Shown piece after piece: positions 20,826 through 31,591 of a stretch of DNA of 32,000 nt (positions are counted from its first letter, which is position 1; every line of letters starts with the position of its first letter). This stretch comes from Methanococcus maripaludis (GTDB taxonomy: Archaea; AGJL01; Methanococci; Methanococcales; Methanococcaceae). Below the pieces are notes generated by a model, which worked only from the letters and a program-made list of their open reading frames with translations, was not told where the DNA came from and made no database searches. Location of the stretch: NCBI RefSeq assembly GCF_002945325.1, contig NZ_CP026606.1:870001-902000 (forward strand). Direction: 5' to 3'. The position numbers and the translations under genes are program-made.

Positions 20826-20906
20826 TCATTAGATTAAATAATCTAATGACTAATATTTATATAGGTATTAGCACTTAATAGCTTTTATATTACCTAGATT
20901 AATCTA
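20826..20906 (+). promoter_or_regulatory. Probable hmd promoter: 10-bp inverted repeat, TATA box, and second 12-bp palindrome
   Basis: TCATTAGATT-AAAT-AATCTAATGA at 20826-20849; TTTATATA at 20856-20863; TTTTATAT at about 20883-20890; TAGATTAATCTA at 20895-20906; RBS GAGGTG and ATG at 20930. Confidence 0.6.
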
Positions 20907-20929
20907 TAGTAAATACTGAGGTGTAAGAT

Positions 20930-21994
20930 ATGAAAGTGGCAATATTAGGTGCAGGATGTTACAGAACACACGCGGCATCTGGAATTACAAACTTTTCAAG
21001 AGCTTCGCAAGTTGCAAAAGAAGCAGGAATCCCAGAAATTGCAATGACCCACTCAACAATCACAATGGGTGCAGAATTATTACACTTAATCCCAGAAATT
21101 ACAGAAGTTGTTGTTTCAGACCCTTGCTTTGCTGAAGAGCCAGGAATTGTAGTACTCGACCAGTTCGACTACAAAGCAGTTATGGAAGCACACTTAGCAG
21201 GAGATGCAGAAAAAGTAATGCCTGAAATCAGAGAAGCTGTAAAGGCTAAAGCTAAAGAAACACCTAAACCACCTAAAGGATGTATCCACTTCGTACACCC
21301 TGAAACAGTAGGTTTAAAAGTAACTGCAAGCGATGTTGAAGCAGTTAAAGATGCTGACATTGTAATTACATGGTTACCAAAAGGTGGCAGCCAGCCAGCA
21401 ATAATTGAAAAATTCGCAGGCGAAATTAAAAAAGGTGCAATTGTAACACACGCTTGTACAATTCCAACACCAAAATTCGCAAAAATCTTCAAAGACTTAG
21501 GAAGAGACGACTTAAACATTATTGCATACCACCCAGGAGCAGTTCCTGAAATGAAAGGACAAGCATTCCTTTCAGAAGGTTTAGCTGATGCAGAAAAAGT
21601 AGAAGAATTCTACTGTATGGCAAAAACTGCAAGAGGAGAAGCATTCAAAATGCCTGCAAACTTAATCAGCCCCGTATGTGACATGGGTTCAGCAGTTACT
21701 GCACCAGTTTACGCTGCTATCTTAGCTTACAGAGACGCAGTAACCCAGATCTTAGGTGCTCCTGCAGACTTCGCTCAAATGATGGCTGATGAGGCAATCT
21801 CACAGATTTTAGATTTAATGAGAAACGAAGGCATTAAAAACATGGAAGACAAATTAAATCCTAAAGCATTAACCGGTACTGCAGACAGCATGTGCTTTGG
21901 TCCTTTAGCAGATATTCTTCCTGCATCATTAAAAGTTCTTGAAAAACACGCAAACGAAAACAAATGCGAATGCGGCTGTTCAATAAAACCTTAA
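20930..21994 (+). CDS. hmd: H2-forming methylene-tetrahydromethanopterin dehydrogenase ([Fe]-hydrogenase)
   Basis: MKVAILGAGCYRTHAASGITNFSRA and the iron-ligand cysteine region AIVTHACTIPTPKFAKI. Confidence 0.97.
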   Translation: MKVAILGAGCYRTHAASGITNFSRASQVAKEAGIPEIAMTHSTITMGAELLHLIPEITEVVVSDPCFAEEPGIVVLDQFDYKAVMEAHLAGDAEKVMPEIREAVKAKAKETPKPPKGCIHFVHPETVGLKVTASDVEAVKDADIVITWLPKGGSQPAIIEKFAGEIKKGAIVTHACTIPTPKFAKIFKDLGRDDLNIIAYHPGAVPEMKGQAFLSEGLADAEKVEEFYCMAKTARGEAFKMPANLISPVCDMGSAVTAPVYAAILAYRDAVTQILGAPADFAQMMADEAISQILDLMRNEGIKNMEDKLNPKALTGTADSMCFGPLADILPASLKVLEKHANENKCECGCSIKP

Positions 21995-22053
21995 GTATTA
22001 CTAAAACCTATTTCTTTTTTAATTTTCAGCGTAATTTACAATCCGGTGGTTTA

Positions 22054-23079
22054 ATGATATTTTCAAAAATAAGAGGCAATTTTAAGGACCTCAAAGATGG
22101 AAAAATAGATGTAAAACAGGGCATAATTACAAAATCGGATGCAATTGAATTATTTAATATTAAGAACTGGAAAGACTATTTAGAACTTTTTTCAATAGCC
22201 TCTGAAGTTAGAGACGTTTTTAAAACCGAAATTGAAATCACATCAACAGTTCACATAACTAATATCTGTTCCGTAACCCCAAAATGCAAATATTGCGGTT
22301 TTGCAGCAGGAACAAGTTCAGAAGGTTATGTAAAACCATTTAGATCTGATGACGACCAGATAAAATCGTCTTCGGTTGCAATTGAAAATTCAGGAATTAA
22401 AAGAGTCAGCTGTTCCTCAGGACACGGCTATAATGGAAAAGAAGTAATAAGGGCCCTAAAAGCAGTTAAATCAGTATCCAATTTAGAAGTTTTAGTAAAT
22501 GCAGGAGCAGACTTAACTGAAGAATGTATTTTAGAACTTAAGAAATATAACATAGATACAATATGCTGTAATCTTGAAACTACGAATAAAACCGTGTTTA
22601 AAAGTGTAAAACCAGGCGAAAATTTAGAAGATAGAATAAATGTTTGTAAAATGGTTAAAAAACACGGGGTAGAACTATCTTCCGGTCTTTTGATAGGTAT
22701 TGGGGAAACTTACGAAGATAGGGTTGAACACCTCTTCTTTTTAAAAGAACTGGATGTTGAAGAAATTCCAATAATGGGTTTTAATCCATACAAAGAAACA
22801 CCAATGGAAACCTGTCCGAAATGTTCTGCAATTGAACAGGCAAAAACTATCGCTATTGTAAGGCTCCTGTTTCCAGATATCAGAATTACCTCACCAACCC
22901 CCACAATGGGTCCAGAATTAGCCCAATTCGCACTTTTAGGGGGTGCAAGTAACATTGCCACAGTAATTCCTGACAACCACCCGATGAACATTAAAGGAGT
23001 AGGGAATCCAAAAACCGGGAACCTCAACGACGTTATATGCATGATAAAAGAACTTGGATTAACCCCAAAACTAAATTAA
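22054..23079 (+). CDS. hcgA: Radical SAM protein for [Fe]-hydrogenase cofactor biosynthesis, HcgA/HmdB family
   Basis: BioB-like. CSVTPKCKYCGFAAG gives a CX5CX2C cluster motif rather than the canonical CX3CX2C. Follows hmd. Start moved from 21964 to the ATG at 22054 (MIFSKIRGN) after GGTGG. Confidence 0.88.
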   Translation: MIFSKIRGNFKDLKDGKIDVKQGIITKSDAIELFNIKNWKDYLELFSIASEVRDVFKTEIEITSTVHITNICSVTPKCKYCGFAAGTSSEGYVKPFRSDDDQIKSSSVAIENSGIKRVSCSSGHGYNGKEVIRALKAVKSVSNLEVLVNAGADLTEECILELKKYNIDTICCNLETTNKTVFKSVKPGENLEDRINVCKMVKKHGVELSSGLLIGIGETYEDRVEHLFFLKELDVEEIPIMGFNPYKETPMETCPKCSAIEQAKTIAIVRLLFPDIRITSPTPTMGPELAQFALLGGASNIATVIPDNHPMNIKGVGNPKTGNLNDVICMIKELGLTPKLN

Positions 23080-23107
23080 CTGCCATATCTGCAAATAAGG
23101 TGAAATT

Positions 23108-24640
23108 ATGAAAGAACTCATAAAAAATTCATTAAACGATTTAGATTCTGCAATGGAACTTCGTGAACTTGTTATTAATAAAATTAACAATCAAAAATTG
23201 ACAGAATCGGATATTATCGAAATTGTAGATACTGTTGATGATTTGAGTTTTGAAGAAACACAAAAATTGGGAAGCATTTTTCGAAGATTCCCATTAGGTT
23301 GCGATTTATTAGAAATTGGGGTTGGACCCTGCTCTTCATCGTTAACACTTCCACAATTTATCGAGAACTGTGTTTTTACAGACCATGTGGGTTTTCCAAT
23401 ACACCTTTGCGGATATGCTCTTGCAGATATTGCAGAAAAAGAAGGAATGAGTCCAATCGCAGTTATGAATGAAGTTTATAATAACGTTGAAGTTCCACTA
23501 GACCTCGACCATTTTGGAAGATTTGGCCCAATGAGATTTCCAAAAGAAATATCCCACTGTATGGGCGATTGCTACTACAACGGCCCGCCATACAAAGGTT
23601 GTCCTAGAGACAGAATTCACAAAAGACTCATTACAAAAGAAAGAGAGTATTCTAATGAGTTTGGAGACTGGATAAAAAAATCAGCAACGGTCTGCGTAAA
23701 CGTTGTTGAGGAACAAGGTGGGGGAGACCACGGTGCAGATATTTCGGAAATGGAAGATGTTGCAAAAGCCGCTCAAAAATTTGGCAGAGGGGTTGAAGGA
23801 ATATTCCACATAGGGGACGGTTACGAAGATTTGATAACTGGACTAAAAGCCTGCAACGATTTGGATGTTGACGTACTTGTAATTGAAGGAGGTCCTTTTA
23901 ACAGGTCCAAAGACAGACTTAAAGATTTTGCAAAATCTGTCGCTGTTTCAAGAATCCTTGTTAAAGGAGGAGTTGTTGCAACAAACGGCGCGTATGAAGA
24001 TGAATGCAGAGTTGGACTTAGAAGCGGATTAAACGTAATACTATCAGGATTTAGTGGTAACCACCACGGATATATGTGTGGATACAATATTAAAGAAGCA
24101 CGACGGAATAATTTTGGACTTCCAAGAGTTTTAAAAATAATGAAGGAAGAAGCTGAAAAAATTAACATCTGCATTGCAAACAGGGAACTTTTAAAAGTGC
24201 TTGCAAGAAGCAGCAGATTTTTAAACCATAAAGAAAATCATCTTGTATATCCTTCAATGATTGGAGATTACTTCATAGGTGATGCCCACTGGGTTTCAAT
24301 TACTAACAGCAAAATGTACAATGCGCCATACTTTGGAAAAACGCTTGATTCTCTTGAAGAAGAGTTAAATTGCGATAAAGTCGGCGTTCTTGGTGGAAGA
24401 TATATCTCATGGGGTATTGCAAATGCGCTTAAACCTGAAGAACTATATGTAAGCGATGTTGACCCATGGGTTGAACATGCAACCGTCAAAATCTTAAATG
24501 ATAATGGAATAAATGCATATGCTTGCAATGGAACCGATAAAAAGGCTCTTGAAAGTGCGGATAAAACAGTCATTACTACAATGATTCCCGAAATCGTTTT
24601 AAGAATAAAAAATAAATTTGATGCTGTATCATTACTTTAA
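23108..24640 (+). CDS. hcgG: [Fe]-hydrogenase cofactor-associated protein, HcgG/HmdC family
   Basis: Third gene of the hmd cluster. 510 aa with HCMGDCYYNGPPYKGCPRDR and a C-terminal Rossmann-like part (VGVLGGRYISWGIANALKPEELYVSDVDPWVEHATVKIL). Family assignment recalled, not searched. Confidence 0.7.
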   Translation: MKELIKNSLNDLDSAMELRELVINKINNQKLTESDIIEIVDTVDDLSFEETQKLGSIFRRFPLGCDLLEIGVGPCSSSLTLPQFIENCVFTDHVGFPIHLCGYALADIAEKEGMSPIAVMNEVYNNVEVPLDLDHFGRFGPMRFPKEISHCMGDCYYNGPPYKGCPRDRIHKRLITKEREYSNEFGDWIKKSATVCVNVVEEQGGGDHGADISEMEDVAKAAQKFGRGVEGIFHIGDGYEDLITGLKACNDLDVDVLVIEGGPFNRSKDRLKDFAKSVAVSRILVKGGVVATNGAYEDECRVGLRSGLNVILSGFSGNHHGYMCGYNIKEARRNNFGLPRVLKIMKEEAEKINICIANRELLKVLARSSRFLNHKENHLVYPSMIGDYFIGDAHWVSITNSKMYNAPYFGKTLDSLEEELNCDKVGVLGGRYISWGIANALKPEELYVSDVDPWVEHATVKILNDNGINAYACNGTDKKALESADKTVITTMIPEIVLRIKNKFDAVSLL

Positions 24641-24680
24641 ACCTGCCAAAAAGAGGCAGGCGCTTCTTTTGGTGGTTAAA

Positions 24681-25355
24681 ATGAACTGGAAAGGACATAT
24701 TACTCTTGGAATATTAATGGGGCTCCCATTTATTTCTTCCCCTGAACAGATTTTTTTATTAGTTGCAGGAGCACTCTATCCTGACTTAGATCACGACGTA
24801 AAATCAGAAATAGTTCAGAGAGGGCTTTATATATCGGGGGGCCTTATTTTGGTTTCTATTTTGGCATACCTATTTCGACCAGAATACTTCAATACTGGTT
24901 TTTTTATAGCTGCTATTTTAAGCGGTGTGATTTATATTACGCCATATTATGCCGAACACAGAGGGATTACGCATACTTTTTTAAGTTTAGGCGTTATGTC
25001 AATTATTTTAGGTTATTTAACGTTTAAATTATCGATAATTTCCCCAATAATGGCTTCACTGATCGCTTTAATAATGGTTACAAACAATAAGCTTCTCGGG
25101 AAAAGTGTCGCAATTTCGGTTTTTGCATGGGTTTTGTACAATATGATTTCAACGTCTTTTACGACATTTCAGGGGTTGGAATTTTACATAATTCCAATCG
25201 CTATTGGTTATTTGTCACATCTCGTCGGTGATTGCATGACTCCGATGGGGTGCAGAACACTTTATCCATTAAATTATACATTTCATAAAAAAGAAGGTTA
25301 TTTTGCAATAGCAATCTGGGTACTTTTAGTGTTTTACGTTATAAAACTCGCATAA
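24681..25355 (+). CDS. Membrane-bound YdjM/DUF457-type metal-dependent hydrolase
   Basis: MNWKGHITLGILMGLP, LVAGALYPDLDHDVKS, ITPYYAEHRGITHTFLSLG, GYLSHLVGDCMTPMG. Hydrophobic segments. Start moved to the ATG at 24681 after GGTGG. Confidence 0.8.
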   Translation: MNWKGHITLGILMGLPFISSPEQIFLLVAGALYPDLDHDVKSEIVQRGLYISGGLILVSILAYLFRPEYFNTGFFIAAILSGVIYITPYYAEHRGITHTFLSLGVMSIILGYLTFKLSIISPIMASLIALIMVTNNKLLGKSVAISVFAWVLYNMISTSFTTFQGLEFYIIPIAIGYLSHLVGDCMTPMGCRTLYPLNYTFHKKEGYFAIAIWVLLVFYVIKLA

Positions 25356-25373
25356 CAACTGAAAATAAAAAAA

Positions 25374-26540
25374 TTATTTAATTTTTACAAGGTGCGCTAC
25401 TTTTTCTGCATTTTCTCTTGCTTTTATTACCTCATCGGACACTGCAAGGGCGACACCCATTCTACGTCCAACTTTTGCAATAGGTTTTCCAAATAATCTT
25501 ATTTTTGCATCTTTTACTTTTGAAGCTTCGTGAATTTCATATTCTGGAGCCCATTTGAGAATTTCTGACTTTATAACGTGGCTTGCACCTGGAGAAACTA
25601 TATCAACGTTTACTGGAAGCCCCAAAATTGCCCTTGTGTGAATTTCAAACTCACTCATCTTTTGGGTTACCATTGTAACCATTCCTGTATCATGAGGTCT
25701 TGGAGATACTTCACTAAATATAACTTCGTCATCTAAAACGAAGAGCTCTACTCCGAAAATACCATATCCGCCGAGTTCATCAGTTATTTTCTTTGCCATT
25801 GCTTGAGCTTTTGCTTTTGTTGGTGCGCACATTGGATGGGGCTGCCAACTTTCGTGATAATCCCCATCAACCTGAATATGGCCTATCGGCTCACAAAACC
25901 GGGTTCCTTCTGCAGTTCTTGCAGTTAAAAGCGTAATTTCATAGTCAAACTTAATAAATTCTTCAACAATTACTTTTGTTCCGATTCCCCTTGCAGCGCT
26001 TTTTGCATAGTTCCAAGCTGTTTCGATATCACTTTCGGATTTAATCGTGCTCTGCCCTTTCCCAGATGATGACATTATTGGTTTTATGATACATGGAATT
26101 CCAATTCTTGTTACTGCTTCTTTTAATTCGTCTAAATTTTCTGCAAATTCGTATTTTGCGGTTCTTAATCCTAATTTTTCAAATGCAAGTCTCCTGATTC
26201 CTTCCCTATCCATTGTAAGTTTTGTCGCATTTGCAGTTGGAACCACGTGGTATCCTTCGCTTTCCATTTCTTTTAGAGTATCTGTGTTTATTGCTTCAAT
26301 TTCAGGAACTATTAAGTCAGGCTTTTCTTTTTCGATTACTGCCCTTAAGGCTCCAGCATCCTTCATATCAATTACGTGGAATCTATGTGCTACCTGCATT
26401 GCTGGCGCGTTTTCATAAGAATCAACTGCAATACATTCTACACCAAACCTTTGCGCTTCTATAATTACTTCTTTCCCGAGTTCCCCGCTTCCGAGAAGTA
26501 AAATTTTCTTAGCATTTGAAAAAAGAGGAGTACCAACCAT
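25374..26540 (-). CDS. purT: Formate-dependent phosphoribosylglycinamide formyltransferase (PurT)
   Basis: ATP-grasp: [63 protein letters not shown]. Confidence 0.95.
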   Translation of the reverse strand: MVGTPLFSNAKKILLLGSGELGKEVIIEAQRFGVECIAVDSYENAPAMQVAHRFHVIDMKDAGALRAVIEKEKPDLIVPEIEAINTDTLKEMESEGYHVVPTANATKLTMDREGIRRLAFEKLGLRTAKYEFAENLDELKEAVTRIGIPCIIKPIMSSSGKGQSTIKSESDIETAWNYAKSAARGIGTKVIVEEFIKFDYEITLLTARTAEGTRFCEPIGHIQVDGDYHESWQPHPMCAPTKAKAQAMAKKITDELGGYGIFGVELFVLDDEVIFSEVSPRPHDTGMVTMVTQKMSEFEIHTRAILGLPVNVDIVSPGASHVIKSEILKWAPEYEIHEASKVKDAKIRLFGKPIAKVGRRMGVALAVSDEVIKARENAEKVAHLVKIK

Positions 26541-26720
26541 TGTTTCACCATGCGTGTTAATAAGGTTATTTTACAGTTTATAGATAAAAAATATAAATAA
26601 ATTTTGTTATAATATATAATAAGTTTAATCGTGGCTTATTTTAAATTTTAACATTGATTGATTGTTTTGAAATAAAATTAAAACTTACAAATATAATTTT
26701 GAAAGTAATTGGTGAAGTAA

Positions 26721-27632
26721 ATGCTCCAAAAAGACCCCTGTCTTGATGATATACTGGAAAATTCTGAAAAATTGGAAAATACTCCTGAAAATAAAAAAAA
26801 CATTAAAGATATAGATACGATAAAATTAAGCGATATAATCGAAAAAATGATCGAAATAAACTCGATCGTTAGAATTGAAAAGATTTTTGAAGAGAAAATT
26901 GTATCCAATAATCCTGTTGTAAACGTTGTTGTAAATGACGGATTTGCCAGAGGGCTTTTATCGTTATGGTCTGAACAGATCGATCTTTTAAACGGTTTAA
27001 ACGAAGGAGATGCAATATTAATTGAAAATGCACATGCTCCAAAAAAATATAAGGATAGAATTCATTTAGCACTCTCGAAATCAGGTAAAATCTCAAAAAT
27101 TGAGTCGGATTTGCCGGCAATTGGTGAACTTTTAAAAAAATCCAATGCTCAGCGGAATGATTTCTCAAGAAAATCTATTTCTGAATTAAAAGAAGGAATG
27201 GGTGCAGAATTAAGGGGTTTAATCGTTGCAATCCATTCAAAAGAACCATATTTTCCAGTTTGTGATAAATGCAACAAGAAAATGACCTTGAAAAAGGATT
27301 ATGCAGTCTGTAAGTGCGGAAATAAAGTCGATGAAGAAGATAAAAATTTAAAATGGCTGTTTTTATGCACTTGCACCCTTGATGACGGTTTTGGAACCAT
27401 TCGAGTTACGCTAAATAACAATACAAATTATCTCGACTTTGAAGAGCTCAAAAAAATTATTATCGATGATGAAGAAATATTAGACGTTTTAAACAATAAA
27501 TTACTTGGATTGGACATATTAACTTCAGGTTTTACAATATATGATGAATATTTAAAAGATACGGCTTTTAGGTGCAATAATTGGAACAAAATAGATATAA
27601 TGGAAGAATTTAACAAGAATTTAAAGGGATAA
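26721..27632 (+). CDS. RPA-like single-stranded DNA-binding protein with zinc finger
   Basis: RPA-like OB segment plus zinc-finger CDKCNKKMTLKKDYAVCKCG followed by FLCTCTLDDGFGTIRVTLNN. Confidence 0.7.
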   Translation: MLQKDPCLDDILENSEKLENTPENKKNIKDIDTIKLSDIIEKMIEINSIVRIEKIFEEKIVSNNPVVNVVVNDGFARGLLSLWSEQIDLLNGLNEGDAILIENAHAPKKYKDRIHLALSKSGKISKIESDLPAIGELLKKSNAQRNDFSRKSISELKEGMGAELRGLIVAIHSKEPYFPVCDKCNKKMTLKKDYAVCKCGNKVDEEDKNLKWLFLCTCTLDDGFGTIRVTLNNNTNYLDFEELKKIIIDDEEILDVLNNKLLGLDILTSGFTIYDEYLKDTAFRCNNWNKIDIMEEFNKNLKG

Positions 27633-27635
27633 ATC

Positions 27636-27953
27636 ATGTATAACCTTCACAAAATTGGAGATATCGGACAGTCGTTAGTTGAAAGTAAAATTGCGATAAT
27701 TGGAACGGTTATTGGACTTGAAAATGATGAAAATTACGATAAATTAGAAATTGAAGATGCTTCTGGAAAAATAATTATCTCCAAAGATAAATCTGCTAAA
27801 TTATCTACGGGTTCAAGGATTTTAGCATTTGGAACTTTAAAAATCACTCCAAAAGGGCTAATTATATTTTCAGAAGCCATTGTAGATATTAGCGAGTCCT
27901 CTCCGAAATTACTTGGAAAATTTATAGAAAAAATAAAAAATTACGAGATTTAA
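27636..27953 (+). CDS. Small OB-fold nucleic-acid-binding protein
   Basis: GQSLVESKIAIIGTVIGLEND...LEIEDASGKIIISKDKSAKLSTGSRILAFGTLKITPKGLIIFSEAIV is an OB-fold-like strand pattern. Begins 3 bp after the preceding stop. Confidence 0.6.
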   Translation: MYNLHKIGDIGQSLVESKIAIIGTVIGLENDENYDKLEIEDASGKIIISKDKSAKLSTGSRILAFGTLKITPKGLIIFSEAIVDISESSPKLLGKFIEKIKNYEI

Positions 27954-27965
27954 CGGTGTAAATTC

Positions 27966-28352
27966 ATGAGAATTCCTGCAAAAAAGATACCGATAAATGA
28001 AATAACCTCTGGAAAATTCGTTGAAACGGAAGGCCAGTGGGAATCAAATTATATTGTAACTAAAACTTCAAAACAAGTTTCAAGAGTTGCATTATACGGC
28101 ATAATCGTTTCAAAATATTCCAATACTGCAAAAGAATTTTGTTCTATAACAGTTGAAGATTTAACGGGCGACATTAGAGTTTCTGGATTTAAAGGAATGG
28201 CCAAAAAGCTTGAAACTTTCAAAAAAGGAGATGTCGTGCTGGTTGTTGGAAGGCTTAGAAAAGATTTAAAGGAAAATATTTATGTATTTCCTGAAATCGT
28301 TAGAGAAGTTGAAGCTGACGAATTTTTCTTAAATGTATTTGAAAATTACTAG
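27966..28352 (+). CDS. OB-fold nucleic-acid-binding protein (RPA-related)
   Basis: RVALYGIIVSKYSNTAKEFCSITVEDLTGDIRVSGFKGMAKKLETFKKGDVVLVVGRLRKDLKENIYVFPEIVREV is a tRNA/helicase-type OB fold. Confidence 0.72.
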   Translation: MRIPAKKIPINEITSGKFVETEGQWESNYIVTKTSKQVSRVALYGIIVSKYSNTAKEFCSITVEDLTGDIRVSGFKGMAKKLETFKKGDVVLVVGRLRKDLKENIYVFPEIVREVEADEFFLNVFENY

Positions 28353-28362
28353 AGTGGTTGTA

Positions 28363-29058
28363 TTGGATTTTGAAATAATTTCTCACAAAAATATCGATTC
28401 TACAAATACTTACGCATATAATCTTGGAAAATTGGGCAAAAAAAACAAAATAGTGGTTTCAGAAACTCAAAATCGCGGAAAAGGTAGATTGGATAGGTCA
28501 TGGTTTTCTAAAAAAGGTGGACTTTATTTTTCAGTTTTAATTGGTATCGAAGATATTGGAAAACTTGAAAAAATAAATTTTTTAGGGTCACTTTGTGTTA
28601 TAGAAACACTAAAAACTTTTTCAGATGAAAAATTTGAGATAAAATGGCCAAACGATGTTTTATTTGGAAATAAAAAGATATGCGGAATATTAACAGAACT
28701 ACATGTGAGCAAAGGTTATTTAGTACTTGGAATAGGGTTAAATATCAATAATGAAATTGATCCTGAACTTAAAAACATTGCTACCTCATTAAAAGAAATT
28801 GAAAACGTCGAATTTAACGTTGATTTAATTTTAAAGAAATTTGTTGATATATTTGCTAAAAATCTAAAAATTGACGATGAATTACTTCTTGAAAGTTACA
28901 AAAAATACTCAAAAACTTTGTTTAATGATGTAAAATTAATAATGCATGAAAAAACAGCTACTGGAAAAGTTGTTGATATTTCTTACGATGGAATTCATAT
29001 CGATACTGGAAAAATTGTTGAAGTCTTTAACGTTGGAGACTGCATTCATTTGAGATAA
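28363..29058 (+). CDS. birA: Biotin--[biotin carboxyl-carrier protein] ligase
   Basis: IDSTNTYAYNL, VSETQNRGKGRLDRSWFSKKGGLYFS, IKWPNDVLFGNKKICGIL, GIGLNINN. Track starts at 28333; the TTG at 28363 removes the overlap with the upstream gene. Confidence 0.88.
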   Translation: MDFEIISHKNIDSTNTYAYNLGKLGKKNKIVVSETQNRGKGRLDRSWFSKKGGLYFSVLIGIEDIGKLEKINFLGSLCVIETLKTFSDEKFEIKWPNDVLFGNKKICGILTELHVSKGYLVLGIGLNINNEIDPELKNIATSLKEIENVEFNVDLILKKFVDIFAKNLKIDDELLLESYKKYSKTLFNDVKLIMHEKTATGKVVDISYDGIHIDTGKIVEVFNVGDCIHLR

Positions 29059-29070
29059 AGAGGTGATAAT

Positions 29071-29688
29071 TTGATTTATAAATTGAATGGAAGAGGTTAC
29101 GACTCGAATTCATATTTAATAGTCGATAAAAAAGTTATTTTGATAGATCCTGGAACTCCAGGAACTTTTGAATTTTTGAAAAAAGATATTTTAAAATACA
29201 CTGATAAAATTGATTACATTATTAACACACACTGCCATTTTGACCATGCTGGAAGCGATTATCTATTTCAGAACGAATTTAATGCCCCTGTTTTAATCCA
29301 TGAACTAGAGTTACCCCACCTTGCAGAAGATAGCAATGTTACAGTAAGTAAACTCTTTGGAATGGATCTGGTTCCACCAAAAGAAATTTTTACAATAAAA
29401 GAAGCTGATTCTGACTTAAAAGAAATTGGAATTGAGATAATACATACCCCAGGACACACTGCTGGTGGAATAAGCATAATATACAAAGATTCACTAATTA
29501 CTGGAGACACCCTGTTTTCATACGGCGTTGGAAGATCCGATTTACCAACGGGAAGCCTAATCGAGTTACGAGAATCGATAAATTCACTTGAAAAAATAGC
29601 TTATAAAAAAGGAATTTTAAAAATATATCCTGGCCATGGAGAAGCTGGCGATTTAAGCGCATTTTCAAATGCAATGTTATTTATATAA
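29071..29688 (+). CDS. MBL-fold metallo-hydrolase (glyoxalase II-like)
   Basis: NTHCHFDHAGSDYLF, IIHTPGHTAGGISI, ITGDTLFSYGVGRSDL, IYPGHGEAG. TTG start after GGTGA. Confidence 0.9.
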   Translation: MIYKLNGRGYDSNSYLIVDKKVILIDPGTPGTFEFLKKDILKYTDKIDYIINTHCHFDHAGSDYLFQNEFNAPVLIHELELPHLAEDSNVTVSKLFGMDLVPPKEIFTIKEADSDLKEIGIEIIHTPGHTAGGISIIYKDSLITGDTLFSYGVGRSDLPTGSLIELRESINSLEKIAYKKGILKIYPGHGEAGDLSAFSNAMLFI

Positions 29689-29731
29689 TTTAAACACCCA
29701 AAACTAATCATTATTTAAAACGTTGTGGTAA

Positions 29732-30403
<672 letters not shown>

Positions 30404-30426
30404 ATAAAATATTTTTAAAAATTAAG

Positions 30427-31458
30427 TTAAGGCTTAAGCCCGCCAACGCCTAAACCCTCTTTTTCATCGAATCCCATGATAATATTCATATTTTGGATTG
30501 CCTGACCGCTTGCCCCTTTTACAAGATTGTCTATTGCTGAAACTACAACAATTCTGCCATACTGATCAATTTCAAATCCGCCAATATCGCAGAAGTTGGT
30601 TCCTCGAACTCCAGTTAAAGAAGGCATTCCCTCTTCAAATATTCTTATGAAAAATTCGCCTTTGTAGAACTCTTCATAGATTTCGATAACATCTACTCGG
30701 CTTACATCTTCTTTAAGGAATGAATGCGCAGTTGTCAATATCCCCCTTGTAACTGGCAGAAGGTGGGGAGTAAATGAAACTTTTAAATTTTTGTTTGCAA
30801 GGTATTGAAGCTCTTTTCCAATTTCTGGACTGTGCCTGTGTTTCGTTATTTTGTATGGTCCGATATTTTCATTTACATTTGCAAAATGAGTAGTTTGACT
30901 TGCTTCAACACCTGCACCACTTACTCCGGATTTTGAATCAAAAATTATCCTGTCTTCAACGAGATCATTTGCAACCAGCGGCGCCATTGAAAGAATTGCA
31001 CCTGTTGGGTAACATCCAGGATTTGCAATTGTTTTTGACTTTTTTATTTTTTCCCGGTGGAGTTCTGGAAGACCATAAACTGCAGAATCTATTTTTCCGG
31101 AGTGTTTCAATCCATACCATGATTCATACATATCAATATCTTCAAATCTGTAATCCCCACTTAAATCGATTACATTTATTCCTTTTTCGTGTAGTGTTGG
31201 GACAATTGCCATTGATGCACCGTGAGGTGTTGCACAGAACACAATATCAGTATCGATGTCTTCTGGAGCAATATTTTGGAATTTTAAATCGTTATAATTA
31301 CATAAATTTCTTACCTGGGGGTGAAAATCAGTGAGCTTTTTTCCAGCCTCTTTTCTTGACGTTACATTCACAACTTCGACTTCGTCGTGGTTTGAAAGGA
31401 GTCTTAGAAGTTCTGAGCCCGTATACCCCGTTCCGCCTATTATCGAAACTGTTTTCAT
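30427..31458 (-). CDS. argC: N-acetyl-gamma-glutamyl-phosphate reductase
   Basis: [35 protein letters not shown] with catalytic Cys, GVSGAG, HRHSPEI. Start at the ATG at 31458 (MKTVSIIGG). Confidence 0.94.
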   Translation of the reverse strand: MKTVSIIGGTGYTGSELLRLLSNHDEVEVVNVTSRKEAGKKLTDFHPQVRNLCNYNDLKFQNIAPEDIDTDIVFCATPHGASMAIVPTLHEKGINVIDLSGDYRFEDIDMYESWYGLKHSGKIDSAVYGLPELHREKIKKSKTIANPGCYPTGAILSMAPLVANDLVEDRIIFDSKSGVSGAGVEASQTTHFANVNENIGPYKITKHRHSPEIGKELQYLANKNLKVSFTPHLLPVTRGILTTAHSFLKEDVSRVDVIEIYEEFYKGEFFIRIFEEGMPSLTGVRGTNFCDIGGFEIDQYGRIVVVSAIDNLVKGASGQAIQNMNIIMGFDEKEGLGVGGLKP

Positions 31459-31591
31459 TAAAACCACCTTTTAGAATAATGCGAAAATTTTGCTGTATAA
31501 ATTAAAACTTGATGGGATAAAAAAGTAATGATTATCTTTAAAATAACCACCCCCATAAGTTTAAAAATTTAAAAGTTTTAAAAAAAGATTT

